Source of the DNA: an uncultured Candidatus Saccharibacteria bacterium
Lineage (GTDB): Bacteria > Patescibacteriota > Dojkabacteria > CAZCSM01
Assembly: GCA_964501355.1 (NCBI GenBank)
Contig: CAZCSM010000003.1
Span: 1,660 to 65,659, forward strand
Length of the DNA: 64,000 nt
Direction: 5' to 3'
The notes beneath the pieces were generated by a model, which was given only the letters and a program-made list of their open reading frames with translations, had not been told where the DNA came from and did no database searches. Both the position numbers and the translations under genes were made by a program. Positions within the stretch are counted from its first letter, which is position 1. The number at the start of each line of letters is the position of its first letter. Below, one piece after another: positions 49,294 to 58,216 of the stretch.

Positions 49294-50265
49294 ATGAATA
49301 ATAAAAAGTATAGTGTTGTTTTTATGGGTACTCCGGAGATTGGAATCCCGAGTCTGGAAAAGTTGATTAATGATCAGCGATTTGATGTAGTGGGTGTATT
49401 CACCAATCCCGATCGGCCGACTGGTCGAAAGATGATAATGACGCCTCCTCCTGTTAAAGAATTTGCGATAGAACATAATATTCCTATTTTCCAACCGGAA
49501 AGATTTAAAGATGGGGCAATTTCTGATTTAGAATCTCTAAATCCAGATGTCGTTGTTGTGATTGCTTATGGTCAAATAATTCCACAAAAGGCGTTGGATA
49601 TTCCTAAATTCGGGTTTGTAAATGTACATTATTCATTACTTCCGAAATATCGTGGTGCGGTTCCTGTGCAAATGGCGATAAAGAATGGTGAGAAGTTTAC
49701 GGGGATTACAATTCAGCGAATGGTTTATGACTTGGATGCAGGAGATATTATTTCTCAAAAGGAATATGAAATTGGAGAAAACGACACGACCGGAGATTTA
49801 TGGGAAAAATATTCTAAACTTGGTGCCAACCAATTGTTAGAATCTTTGCCTCAATATTTGGCCGGTGAAATTTCTCCGGTTCCTCAAAATCATGATGATG
49901 CAACTTTTTGCAAACAATCTGATGTTGCAAAAGAAAAGGCAGAAATCAATTGGGATAATCCTGCTCAGGAAATTCATAACCTTGTTCGAGCGTTCAATCC
50001 TTGGCCAATTGCCTGGACGACATTTGATGACAAACGGGTGAAGATAATTTCAACTCAAGTTGCTGATAAATGTTTAATCGCTCCCGAAAAGCCAGGGACT
50101 ATTTTGATAATTCAGGAAAGATTATTTGCCGTTTGTGCACATGGAATTTTAGAGATTCTTGAGCTTCAAGTGGAAGGTAAACAGAAATCTACTGGGGTAG
50201 AATTTGTAAAGGGTATGATGGGGAGGAAGGATGTTGATTTTAAGAAAATTAGGTTGGGGGAGTAA
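49294..50265 (+). CDS. fmt: Methionyl-tRNA formyltransferase
   Basis: VFMGTPE, T.PDRP.GR, AYGQI, NVH.SLLPKYRGA.P, LDAGD, RA.NPWP.A; ATG at 49294. Confidence 0.96.
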   Translation: MNNKKYSVVFMGTPEIGIPSLEKLINDQRFDVVGVFTNPDRPTGRKMIMTPPPVKEFAIEHNIPIFQPERFKDGAISDLESLNPDVVVVIAYGQIIPQKALDIPKFGFVNVHYSLLPKYRGAVPVQMAIKNGEKFTGITIQRMVYDLDAGDIISQKEYEIGENDTTGDLWEKYSKLGANQLLESLPQYLAGEISPVPQNHDDATFCKQSDVAKEKAEINWDNPAQEIHNLVRAFNPWPIAWTTFDDKRVKIISTQVADKCLIAPEKPGTILIIQERLFAVCAHGILEILELQVEGKQKSTGVEFVKGMMGRKDVDFKKIRLGE

Positions 50266-50273
50266 GGCCTTTA

Positions 50274-50816
50274 TTATTCTGTGTACATTGATTCTTCTAT
50301 CGTTTCAGTTGTACGAACATAGCCGATTTGCCTTAATTCTGGTAGATCAGAACCTTCAGGTGCTTTACTAACCTGTACTCCTATTCTCCAAATAAATCCA
50401 TCTGCACCATGTGTTTTAGGACTGTCTTCACAGACGTATATTTCATGTTTCCCGCCTTCTCTCTCGTCGGCGCTATGGGTTATTTGTCGGTCTAGGTCTT
50501 CTCTTCTTGTTGGCGGAAGATCCTTGAGTATTCGTTCTGTAATTGCTATACGTATAGCTTTAGAGGGTTCCGTACTACCTTCACTTTTATGGAACGGAAG
50601 AAAAGGACGGTGTTCGATAAAAGGAAAATCAGCATTTGCCATTTCATTTTGTTTTTTAGCTCTCCTTTTGATTCGATCCAACTCTTCTTGAAGTACTGCG
50701 GGAGTGTATGATTCATCTTGAATTGCCGCCTGTGCTAGGATTTATTTTGGTGTAATTTGTAGAAGAATGGATTCTATCGTTCTATAGTGTTCCGGTTCCA
50801 TATGATTCGCCATCAT
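50274..50816 (-). pseudogene. Hypothetical gene interrupted by one in-frame TAA (50742-50744), or a shorter gene starting at TTG 50681
   Basis: The frame continues upstream to ATGs at 50801/50813/50816 with a single stop. Confidence 0.5.
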
Positions 50817-50873
50817 TATGATTAGTCAATTAATCCTTTTTAATATAGCACATTTGAATAGGTATCGAAAGGC

Positions 50874-50898
50874 GAGGGCCTCGTTGTACGAGGCCCTC
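50874..50898. terminator. GC-rich hairpin just downstream of rnpB
   Basis: GAGGGCCTCGT-TGT-ACGAGGCCCTC. Confidence 0.6.
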
Positions 50899-50911
50899 TA
50901 CTGATTTTTAA

Positions 50912-51252
50912 CCGAAGTTATTCGATAAGCCGAATTTTGTATTCATCAACAAAGATGAACGATGATCATCTATCTAAGCTGCCTACTCTTTGGCATTGCT
51001 CTAGATGGGGGTTACAATGCGTACGTCATTACTGACAATACCGGTGGTCTCTTACACCGCCTTTTCACCCTTACTTATCTTTCGATAAGCGGTATATTTT
51101 CTGTGGCCCTTTTCTCCGTGAGATTGCTCCCACCCAACTTTCGTTGGCATCACGACCTTCGATTTTGCTGGAGGACTTGTCCTGAGCTTGTCGAAGGAGA
51201 GTCCGGACTTTCCTCAGTGCTTGCGCACCGCGATCATCTGAATAACTTACGG
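50912..51252 (-). ncRNA. rnpB: RNase P RNA
   Basis: Minus strand shows GAGGAAAGTCCGG, GCCACAGAAA, GGTGAAAAGGCGGTGTAAGAGACCACC, GAGCAA and ACAAAATTCGGCTTAT; P1 stem AAGTTATTC/GAATAACTT. Confidence 0.95.
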
Positions 51253-51315
51253 TGCTATTATAGCATTTTTTGTGATGTAGGGACAGAGTATTACTCTGTC
51301 CCTACAGAAAAAGAA

Positions 51316-51339
51316 AAGTCACCCGATGGCGGGTGACTT
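51316..51339 (-). terminator. Intrinsic terminator of 51361..51780
   Basis: AAGTCACCCG-ATGG-CGGGTGACTT flanked by A runs. Confidence 0.65.
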
Positions 51340-51360
51340 GCAAAAAATTATATAAGTAAG

Positions 51361-51780
51361 TTATTGAATTTTCGCAAGTTCTGGTTCTAATAAATCGGCT
51401 GTCGCTTTCCAGTATTGTGATGCATGGTCAAAAGTAGCCACTGTCCCCGGATTTCCAAATTGTGGATCTAATTGTATCTCTTTAATACTAAGATATATTC
51501 CTGCTCTGTGAATTGCATATGCCCAAAGTCCGAAAGGGTGTCCTTGTGAAGCTAATGCTGTAATGTCTCTTTCAAGTATTTGGTATGGTTCTAAGGCTTC
51601 ATCTCCTTTCCCCTCTTTTTTTAAACGTTGTTCTCTTGCATCATCTATTCCTTTGCTCCAATTTGCTTTTGCATAAGTAACAGCTTTCGCAATTTCTGAT
51701 GTTGGTGGAAATTCTCCATCTTGGTTCATATATTGGGAAGCTTCTTGGGGAAAGGGAATCACAATTGGTTCATTGTCCAT
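51361..51780 (-). CDS. Hypothetical protein
   Basis: 139-aa ATG ORF with its own terminator. Confidence 0.65.
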   Translation of the reverse strand: MDNEPIVIPFPQEASQYMNQDGEFPPTSEIAKAVTYAKANWSKGIDDAREQRLKKEGKGDEALEPYQILERDITALASQGHPFGLWAYAIHRAGIYLSIKEIQLDPQFGNPGTVATFDHASQYWKATADLLEPELAKIQ

Positions 51781-51861
51781 TTAAATTACGTTGATAATTA
51801 ATTACTTATATTTTACTTACTTACTTACTTGTCAACTATCGGCTATTTTGCTATGATTTCT

Positions 51862-52098
51862 TCAAGCCTTTAGGCAAGTTCGGGTAGCTGTGAGCCGAAT
51901 AGGGTTTAAGAAAAGAGTAAAAACTAATATATTGCTAAGAGTGGTTTTCTGCTTATGCGTGAGACCAAATGGGTGGCACCGTGTTAATAAGTAAAAAGGC
52001 AAAAGGAAAAAGTAATAAAAAGAAGGACTTTTGCTAATTTGTTTTATCACCCTTGAATTATTGTTATTATGGTAATAGTAATTTGAGGGTGATTTTTT
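51862..52098 (+). promoter_or_regulatory. T-box riboswitch leader of argS
   Basis: Promoter TTGTCA-N17-TATGAT; GCTGTGAG motif; T-box AATGGGTGGCACCGTG (51968-51983); terminator 52046-52098, whose 5' arm CACCCT can alternatively pair with the T-box. Confidence 0.75.
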
Positions 52099-52116
52099 AT
52101 TTTATAAATAATATTG

Positions 52117-54840
52117 ATGAAATTTACAGTTAATCAAAAAATATTTGAAAAGTACCCAAATGTAATTCTTGGTATTATTCATGTTTCAGATTTGCAGAAT
52201 AAGAAAGAATTTGAAAAAGAGGATGCGATGGAATTTCTACAAGGTCATGAAGCAAATGTGCGGGAATTCTTGAAAGAGAATGAAATAACAGATTTGTCTG
52301 TTGTTCAAAACTGGCGTGAGATATTCCAATCTTTTGGTTCAAAACCAAGTAAGTTCAAATCGTCAATTGAAGCACTCCTTCGTCGTGAGAAAAAAGGAGA
52401 GGCTTTGCCTGATATTAATCCGTTGGTTAATTTTTACAATGCTCTTTCATTACATTACAAAATCCCATTTGGAGCAGAGGATTTAACAAAAATTGTTGGC
52501 AATGTTGAACTTACATTTTCTGATGGAACGGTTGCTTGTCAGTTGATTGGTGATAATGAACCTAAACTTGCAGATGAGGGTGAAGTTGTTTACAAGGATG
52601 ATGTTGGCGCAATTTGCCGCAAGTGGTGCTGGCGAGAATCGGATCGTACAAAGATTACAGAGGAAACAACTGATGCCTTCTTCGTTATAGAATTTAATGA
52701 CGGTGATTTAGAAAATGCAAAGCAGGTTGTTGCAGAAACAATCGATGCAATGAATCACTTCTTCGATGTGAAAACACAAAGCTGGATTGTAAATAAAGAT
52801 AATAATGAAATTGAAATTCCGTTTGGAACGAAGCAAGAAGGAGAAAAACTGGTTGTGCAGGAACGAAAAGAATCCGCCTTCGCCAAGGCTTCGGCGGACA
52901 AGAGAGAAAATAAGGTATATCAGCCGAAGACGAATATTGAAGCGAAGGTTTTTCAAGTCTTATCGTTAGTTGTCAAAGAAAAGTTTGGAGAAGAATTTGT
53001 TTCAGATATTGAGCTTGAGCATCCGGCAGATGAATCGCATGGTGACCTCGCGACTAATATCGCAATGAAATTAGCCGGAAGGTTGAAACGAAATCCAAGA
53101 GAAATTGCGCAGGAAATTTTTGAAGAGTTGGATCCAATGGTTCGCGGTATGTTGAAAAAAGGTGATAGAGTAACACGGGTAACCTATTTTGATTTTCCTA
53201 ATGGTTTGATAGGCGATGTTAAGATTGCAGGATCGGGATTTATCAACTTCTTTATTCATAAAGAGAGTTTGGTCTCTGAGATTAAAGACATGAACGAATC
53301 ATATGGTAAATCTTCAAAATATTCCGGTCAAAAAGTTTTACTTGAGCACACTAGTGCCAATCCCAATAAAGCTATGCACATTGGGCATGTTAGAAATAAT
53401 ATTCTTGGTAACTCATTAATAAAACTTCTCGAAGCGGTGGGATATGAAGTTACTGCGGATTACATTGTAAATGATCGCGGGGCTTCAATCTCGAAGGTAA
53501 TGTGGGGTTACCTGAACTTTGCGCAAAAGCAAAATAATCAGGTTTTGAGTACGTGGGAGGATATTAAAGTAAATCTCGCAGGAACAAACTTCGATGAACT
53601 ATTATCAACATGGAATAATTCTCCTGAGCAATGGTTAACACCGGAAGATTTTGAAAATCTGAAATCAGACGAGATGATGGAAAAAGTTTATGTTCTTGCG
53701 TCTCATGCATCGAAAGAACTTGATTGGGTAGATGCTCAGGTCTCGAAGATTCTTGTTGATTGGGAATCAGAAATTCCTGAGAATCGAAAACTTTGGAAGC
53801 AAATATTAGATTGGGTTTTTTCCGGACAGAAGAAAACGATGGCAAGAATGGGAAGTCGGACAGATCATTTCTGGTTTGAGAGCGATTTCTATAAGGAAGG
53901 AAAAGAAATTGTAACAGAAGGATTGGAAAAAGGAGTTTTTCGAAAAGATGGAACGGCAATTATTACCAACTTTGAGGAACATGGTTTGCCGGATACAATT
54001 GTTATCAAATCTGATGGAACGGCGCTTTACATCACGCAGGATTTGAAACTTACTGAATTAAAAACTCAGAAATTCCCATCCAATAAATATATCTGGGTAG
54101 TCGGTGCGGAACAAAAATTAACGCTTCAACAAGCTTTCCTCGCAGATCATCTATTAGGTATTGTCGACAAAGAAAAACTTTATCACTTTGCCTATGGACT
54201 ATTTACAACTGCATCCGGAGAGAAAATTGGATCTCGAAAAGGAAATGTTGTTTCTGCAGATAATCTTCTGGATTTAGTTACAGATAGCGCAAAGAGCGTA
54301 ATTGAAGAGAAGGGGTTGGAATATTCAGAAGACGAGAAACGAAATATTGCAGAGAAAGTAGGGATTGGGGCTTTGAAATATTTCATTTTGAAATCTAACC
54401 CGTTAAGTTCTCTGAAGTTTGACGCTATAGAAGCAACCTCGTTTGATGGTAATACCGGCCCATATTTGCAGTACACTTATGCGAGGGCAAAAAGTATATT
54501 ACGTGATTCGGACTCCCACCACCCCGATTCCTTCGGAATCACCCCTCCTCGGGCAGAAGGGGAAAATTTGTTTGTTGCGGATTCAGAAATGGCGCTCCTT
54601 CGAACTCTGTACAGGTTTCCTGAATCTGTAATCAATGCAGCAGAAAACTATGCACCGAATTATGTCGCCGATTACATTTTTGATCTTGCGCAGAAATTCA
54701 ATGCGTTCTATCGCGAATGTCCTGTTCTTAGCGCAGAAGACTCCGTAAAGAACTCAAGATTGTTATTAACCGCTTCGGTTGCACAGGTATTGAAGAACGG
54801 ATTAAACCTACTGGGGATCGAAACGTTGGAACGAATGTAA
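52117..54840 (+). CDS. argS: Arginine--tRNA ligase with an N-terminal B3/4 (PheRS-beta editing-like) domain
   Basis: HGD.ATN.A, SANPNK.MHIGH.RN, KSDGT.LY, GSRKGN, GPYLQY.YAR, C-terminal GI...ERM; N-terminal WR..F...G.KPSK..SSIEAL.RR...INPLV..YN..S. Confidence 0.95.
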   Translation: MKFTVNQKIFEKYPNVILGIIHVSDLQNKKEFEKEDAMEFLQGHEANVREFLKENEITDLSVVQNWREIFQSFGSKPSKFKSSIEALLRREKKGEALPDINPLVNFYNALSLHYKIPFGAEDLTKIVGNVELTFSDGTVACQLIGDNEPKLADEGEVVYKDDVGAICRKWCWRESDRTKITEETTDAFFVIEFNDGDLENAKQVVAETIDAMNHFFDVKTQSWIVNKDNNEIEIPFGTKQEGEKLVVQERKESAFAKASADKRENKVYQPKTNIEAKVFQVLSLVVKEKFGEEFVSDIELEHPADESHGDLATNIAMKLAGRLKRNPREIAQEIFEELDPMVRGMLKKGDRVTRVTYFDFPNGLIGDVKIAGSGFINFFIHKESLVSEIKDMNESYGKSSKYSGQKVLLEHTSANPNKAMHIGHVRNNILGNSLIKLLEAVGYEVTADYIVNDRGASISKVMWGYLNFAQKQNNQVLSTWEDIKVNLAGTNFDELLSTWNNSPEQWLTPEDFENLKSDEMMEKVYVLASHASKELDWVDAQVSKILVDWESEIPENRKLWKQILDWVFSGQKKTMARMGSRTDHFWFESDFYKEGKEIVTEGLEKGVFRKDGTAIITNFEEHGLPDTIVIKSDGTALYITQDLKLTELKTQKFPSNKYIWVVGAEQKLTLQQAFLADHLLGIVDKEKLYHFAYGLFTTASGEKIGSRKGNVVSADNLLDLVTDSAKSVIEEKGLEYSEDEKRNIAEKVGIGALKYFILKSNPLSSLKFDAIEATSFDGNTGPYLQYTYARAKSILRDSDSHHPDSFGITPPRAEGENLFVADSEMALLRTLYRFPESVINAAENYAPNYVADYIFDLAQKFNAFYRECPVLSAEDSVKNSRLLLTASVAQVLKNGLNLLGIETLERM

Positions 54841-54905
54841 TTCTTCTGTAATTTACACTCGAAACAAGGTATTCTGAGTATGTAAATTATATTAATTACA
54901 GTTTC

Positions 54906-56402
54906 TTGCACAAGAAGATTTTTGACAAAGAGTTGTTCGTATCAGTGTCGCTTTTGTCGTTGCTGCTTTGTGCTACCATCGGATTCTTCCTGCTTGCAGA
55001 AATATTCTACTCCAAATCGGCTAAATCAGAAGATATCGATACACGTGTTGTCGTGTATTTGTGCGGGAATAATGTTCTTGAATCTGTAGAAGTTTGTGAT
55101 GGAACGGCTCTTGGTGGAGAGTTCTGTCAATCTTTAGGATATGACTTCGGAACGCTGGCTTGCAAGAGTGATTGTTCAGGATATGATACGACTTCCTGTT
55201 ACACATATGACATGTGCGGAAATGAACTTCAGGAAGAAGGTGAGTTTTGTGATGGAAGTGATTTGGCAGGAAGAACCTGTCTATCGTTTGGTTACGATGG
55301 TGGAGATTTGGCCTGTTCCCCAGATTGCGGTAGTTATGATTATGACGATTGTACAATTGAGATTGTTCCAACATCCGTCTGCGGAAATAATACTCAGGAA
55401 TTGGGAGAGCTTTGTGATGGGCCGGATTTAGGAGGTAAGATATGTACAAGTTTCGGATTTAACTATGGATCTCTAAATTGTGCAAGTTCGTGCGATGCGT
55501 TTGATACTTCCGGATGCAAGACGTACCCGGTATCACCTGTTGTGCAGTTATGCGGAAACAATCAACTCGATGGCAACGAACCATGCGATGGAAACCTTCT
55601 CAACGATGAGACTTGTGAATCTCTCGGTTTTGATGCCGGATACTTAGATTGTAGTGCAGACTGTCGAACCTTCGATACTTCGGGCTGTTATACCGCACTC
55701 GAGGTGTGTGATAATGAAAAAGATGACGACGACAATGGATTCGCGGACTGTTTTGATCTTGGTTGTATGGCAACTGATGAGTGTTTATCCGGGGTCAAAG
55801 AACTTTGTTATAATGGAATTGATGATGATCAGGATTCATACGTCGATTGTTTTGATGCTGATTGTCTTGGCTACGAATACTGTTTGAATAAGCTGGGTGA
55901 GAATTGTGGAAATGAGGTTGACGATAATGGAAATGCACAAATTGATTGTGAGGATGATGCGTGTTTGACGCACCAGCTTTGTTATGAAAAGGAGCCTACA
56001 GAAGAACCTGAGAAAGAAGAACCAATTGATATTCTTCCTGAAACCGGAGAGAAAGCAGAAACGAGTAAGTTCTTAATAATTGGATTAGTTGTTGGTCTAC
56101 TTCTTTTAGTCGCTTTGATAATATTCTTTATAGTTTGGAAGCGGAAGAAAAAAGAACAAGATGAAGGTGAGGATAAAGATGATGTCGAAGATGATACTCC
56201 CGGTTCACTAGATGACTCAAACAAAGGGAGTGGGGATGAACTCATGAATGAGGTTCCAATTGTAATTGAGCCGCCGATTGCACCGGTTCCAATGCAAGAG
56301 GTTCCTGTTGTAGATGACGATGATGAATCGCCCGAGTGGACATTTGAAGTTGAGCTGCTACCTGATGGTGAGACGTTGGAGATTCCGGAAGATGAGAATT
56401 AA
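54906..56402 (+). CDS. Cys-rich repeat surface protein with LPETG-TM-basic motif and an acidic tail
   Basis: 4x CGN.....E.CDG..L....C.S.G...G.L.C...C...D...C; 3x E.C.N..DDD.....DC.D..C; LPETG, TM, KRKKK. Confidence 0.8.
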   Translation: MHKKIFDKELFVSVSLLSLLLCATIGFFLLAEIFYSKSAKSEDIDTRVVVYLCGNNVLESVEVCDGTALGGEFCQSLGYDFGTLACKSDCSGYDTTSCYTYDMCGNELQEEGEFCDGSDLAGRTCLSFGYDGGDLACSPDCGSYDYDDCTIEIVPTSVCGNNTQELGELCDGPDLGGKICTSFGFNYGSLNCASSCDAFDTSGCKTYPVSPVVQLCGNNQLDGNEPCDGNLLNDETCESLGFDAGYLDCSADCRTFDTSGCYTALEVCDNEKDDDDNGFADCFDLGCMATDECLSGVKELCYNGIDDDQDSYVDCFDADCLGYEYCLNKLGENCGNEVDDNGNAQIDCEDDACLTHQLCYEKEPTEEPEKEEPIDILPETGEKAETSKFLIIGLVVGLLLLVALIIFFIVWKRKKKEQDEGEDKDDVEDDTPGSLDDSNKGSGDELMNEVPIVIEPPIAPVPMQEVPVVDDDDESPEWTFEVELLPDGETLEIPEDEN

Positions 56403-56457
56403 AGATTACATAAACAGTGTTTGGTTAAGGTCAGAAAAATAACAATAATTTGATAAT

Positions 56458-56597
56458 GTTACTTTTGTCACCAAAAGTAACCAAAAGTGCTGAAACAAAC
56501 CAGTTCCAACAAATAGCAATCAAATACAAATAGCTATCGGAATGGCTTGTTTCAGACTTCGTCGACTGTCCGACCTGATTCAGATAACAGAAGGAAC
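56458..56597. repeat. Structured repeat family, copy E
   Basis: GTTACTTTTG-TCAC-CAAAAGTAAC-CAAAAGTG-CTGAAACAA...TTGTTTCAG-ACTTCGTCGACT. Confidence 0.75.
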
Positions 56598-56682
56598 TTT
56601 CACAAACAACTTTCTCCTTGAGTTTACCTCGCCTTAATAATTCCCTGATTTAATGTTAATGCCTAATTTATGATTTGGATAA

Positions 56683-58197
56683 ATGCTTGCGAAGGTAAAA
56701 ACTGCCACCGTTTTGGGTTTGGATGGTATAGGGATTGATGTTGAGGTTGATGTGAGGAAAGGCGGTTGTTCACTAACAGTTGTTGGTTTACCTGATAAAG
56801 CGGTTCAAGAATCTCGAGATCGTGTCATTACAGCAATCAAGAATTCAGAAGCTGATTTTCCGGTAATTCGAGTTACTGTAAATCTTGCTCCTGCAGATAT
56901 TCCAAAAGAAGGACCTTCGTATGATCTCCCGATTGCGATTGGCATTTTAGCAGCATCTGGACAAGTTCAGGTAGATCCTGAAAAGCAACTATTCGTCGGT
57001 GAACTGGCACTCGATGGGAAACTTCGTTTTATTAACGGCATTTTGCCAATTGCAGATTTTTGTCGAAATAAGAAAGTTCCTGAGTTATTCGTTCCCTACG
57101 ATAATGCTTACGAGGCTTCATTAATCCCCGGGATTACAGTTTATCCTGTTGAAAACCTTCAGCAGTTGATTTCACATTTGAATAAAGAACGATTGATTGA
57201 GCCATTTTCAGCAGATCAAATTATAACAGAGGAAGATGATATTCTTGATGTTGTAGATTTCAAATATGTCCGAGGACAGCAGCAGGCAAGGCGAGCGGTG
57301 GAGATTGCCTCCGCCGGTTGTCACAATTTGTTGATGAATGGAACTCCGGGATCCGGCAAAACAATGATTGCCAGGTGTATACCTTCAATTTTGCCAAAAA
57401 TGAGTATTGATGAAAGTTTAGAAGTTTCAAGAATTTACAGTGTTGCTGGACTTTTAGCTAAAGACACTCCTCTTGTTCGCAGGCGTCCTTTTCGAAAACC
57501 ACATCATACGATTTCTGACGCTGCTCTTGTAGGCGGCGGGCGGATTCCGAAACCTGGTGAAATTAGTTTGTCTCATCGGGGAGTTTTGTTCTTGGACGAA
57601 TTTCCGGAATTTCCATCAAAAGTTCTTGAAACTCTTCGCCAGCCACTTGAAGATAAAATTGTCACCATTTCCAGAGCTTCCGGCACATTAACTTATCCAA
57701 CTAACTTTATGTTAGTTGCCGCAATGAATCCATGCAAATGCGGTTGGAAAGGTGATCCTGAAAGAGAATGCACTTGTTCACAAAATGATATTCAAAGGTA
57801 TTCTCAAAAAATCTCTGGGCCGATTCTCGATAGAATAGATCTAAAAATCTTTGTTCCCCGGGTTGAGTATGAAAAACTTCAAAAGGATGAGTTAGGGGAG
57901 TCGTCAGAAGATATTTTGAAAAGAGTAGAAAATGCGAGAATTTTGCAGCGGGAACGATTTACAAACACGAAATTTGTTACAAATAGCGAAATGGGGACGA
58001 AGGAAATTAACAACTACTGTAAACTTTCAGATTCCTGCAAAGAGCTTCTCAAGAAAGCTTCAGAAAGATTTTTACTTTCGGCTCGTTCATATTTCAGAAT
58101 TATTAAGGTGGCAAGAACGATTGCAGATTTGGAAAACTCCGGTGATATTATGGAATCTCATATTGCTGAGGCACTTCAGTACAGGATGGGGGAGTAG
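56683..58197 (+). CDS. comM: YifB/ComM Mg-chelatase-like AAA+ ATPase
   Basis: VGLPD.AV.ESR.RV, NLAPAD..KEG..YDLPIA, G.PGSGKTM, PGEISL.H.GVLFLDE, AAMNPC.CG, SGP.LDRID. Confidence 0.95.
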   Translation: MLAKVKTATVLGLDGIGIDVEVDVRKGGCSLTVVGLPDKAVQESRDRVITAIKNSEADFPVIRVTVNLAPADIPKEGPSYDLPIAIGILAASGQVQVDPEKQLFVGELALDGKLRFINGILPIADFCRNKKVPELFVPYDNAYEASLIPGITVYPVENLQQLISHLNKERLIEPFSADQIITEEDDILDVVDFKYVRGQQQARRAVEIASAGCHNLLMNGTPGSGKTMIARCIPSILPKMSIDESLEVSRIYSVAGLLAKDTPLVRRRPFRKPHHTISDAALVGGGRIPKPGEISLSHRGVLFLDEFPEFPSKVLETLRQPLEDKIVTISRASGTLTYPTNFMLVAAMNPCKCGWKGDPERECTCSQNDIQRYSQKISGPILDRIDLKIFVPRVEYEKLQKDELGESSEDILKRVENARILQRERFTNTKFVTNSEMGTKEINNYCKLSDSCKELLKKASERFLLSARSYFRIIKVARTIADLENSGDIMESHIAEALQYRMGE

Positions 58198-58216
58198 TGC
58201 TGTAGAATTTTGAAGA

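Noticed and set aside
50962-51336. 124-aa ORF on +
   Set aside because: Antisense to the RNase P RNA gene and runs through a REP-like hairpin.
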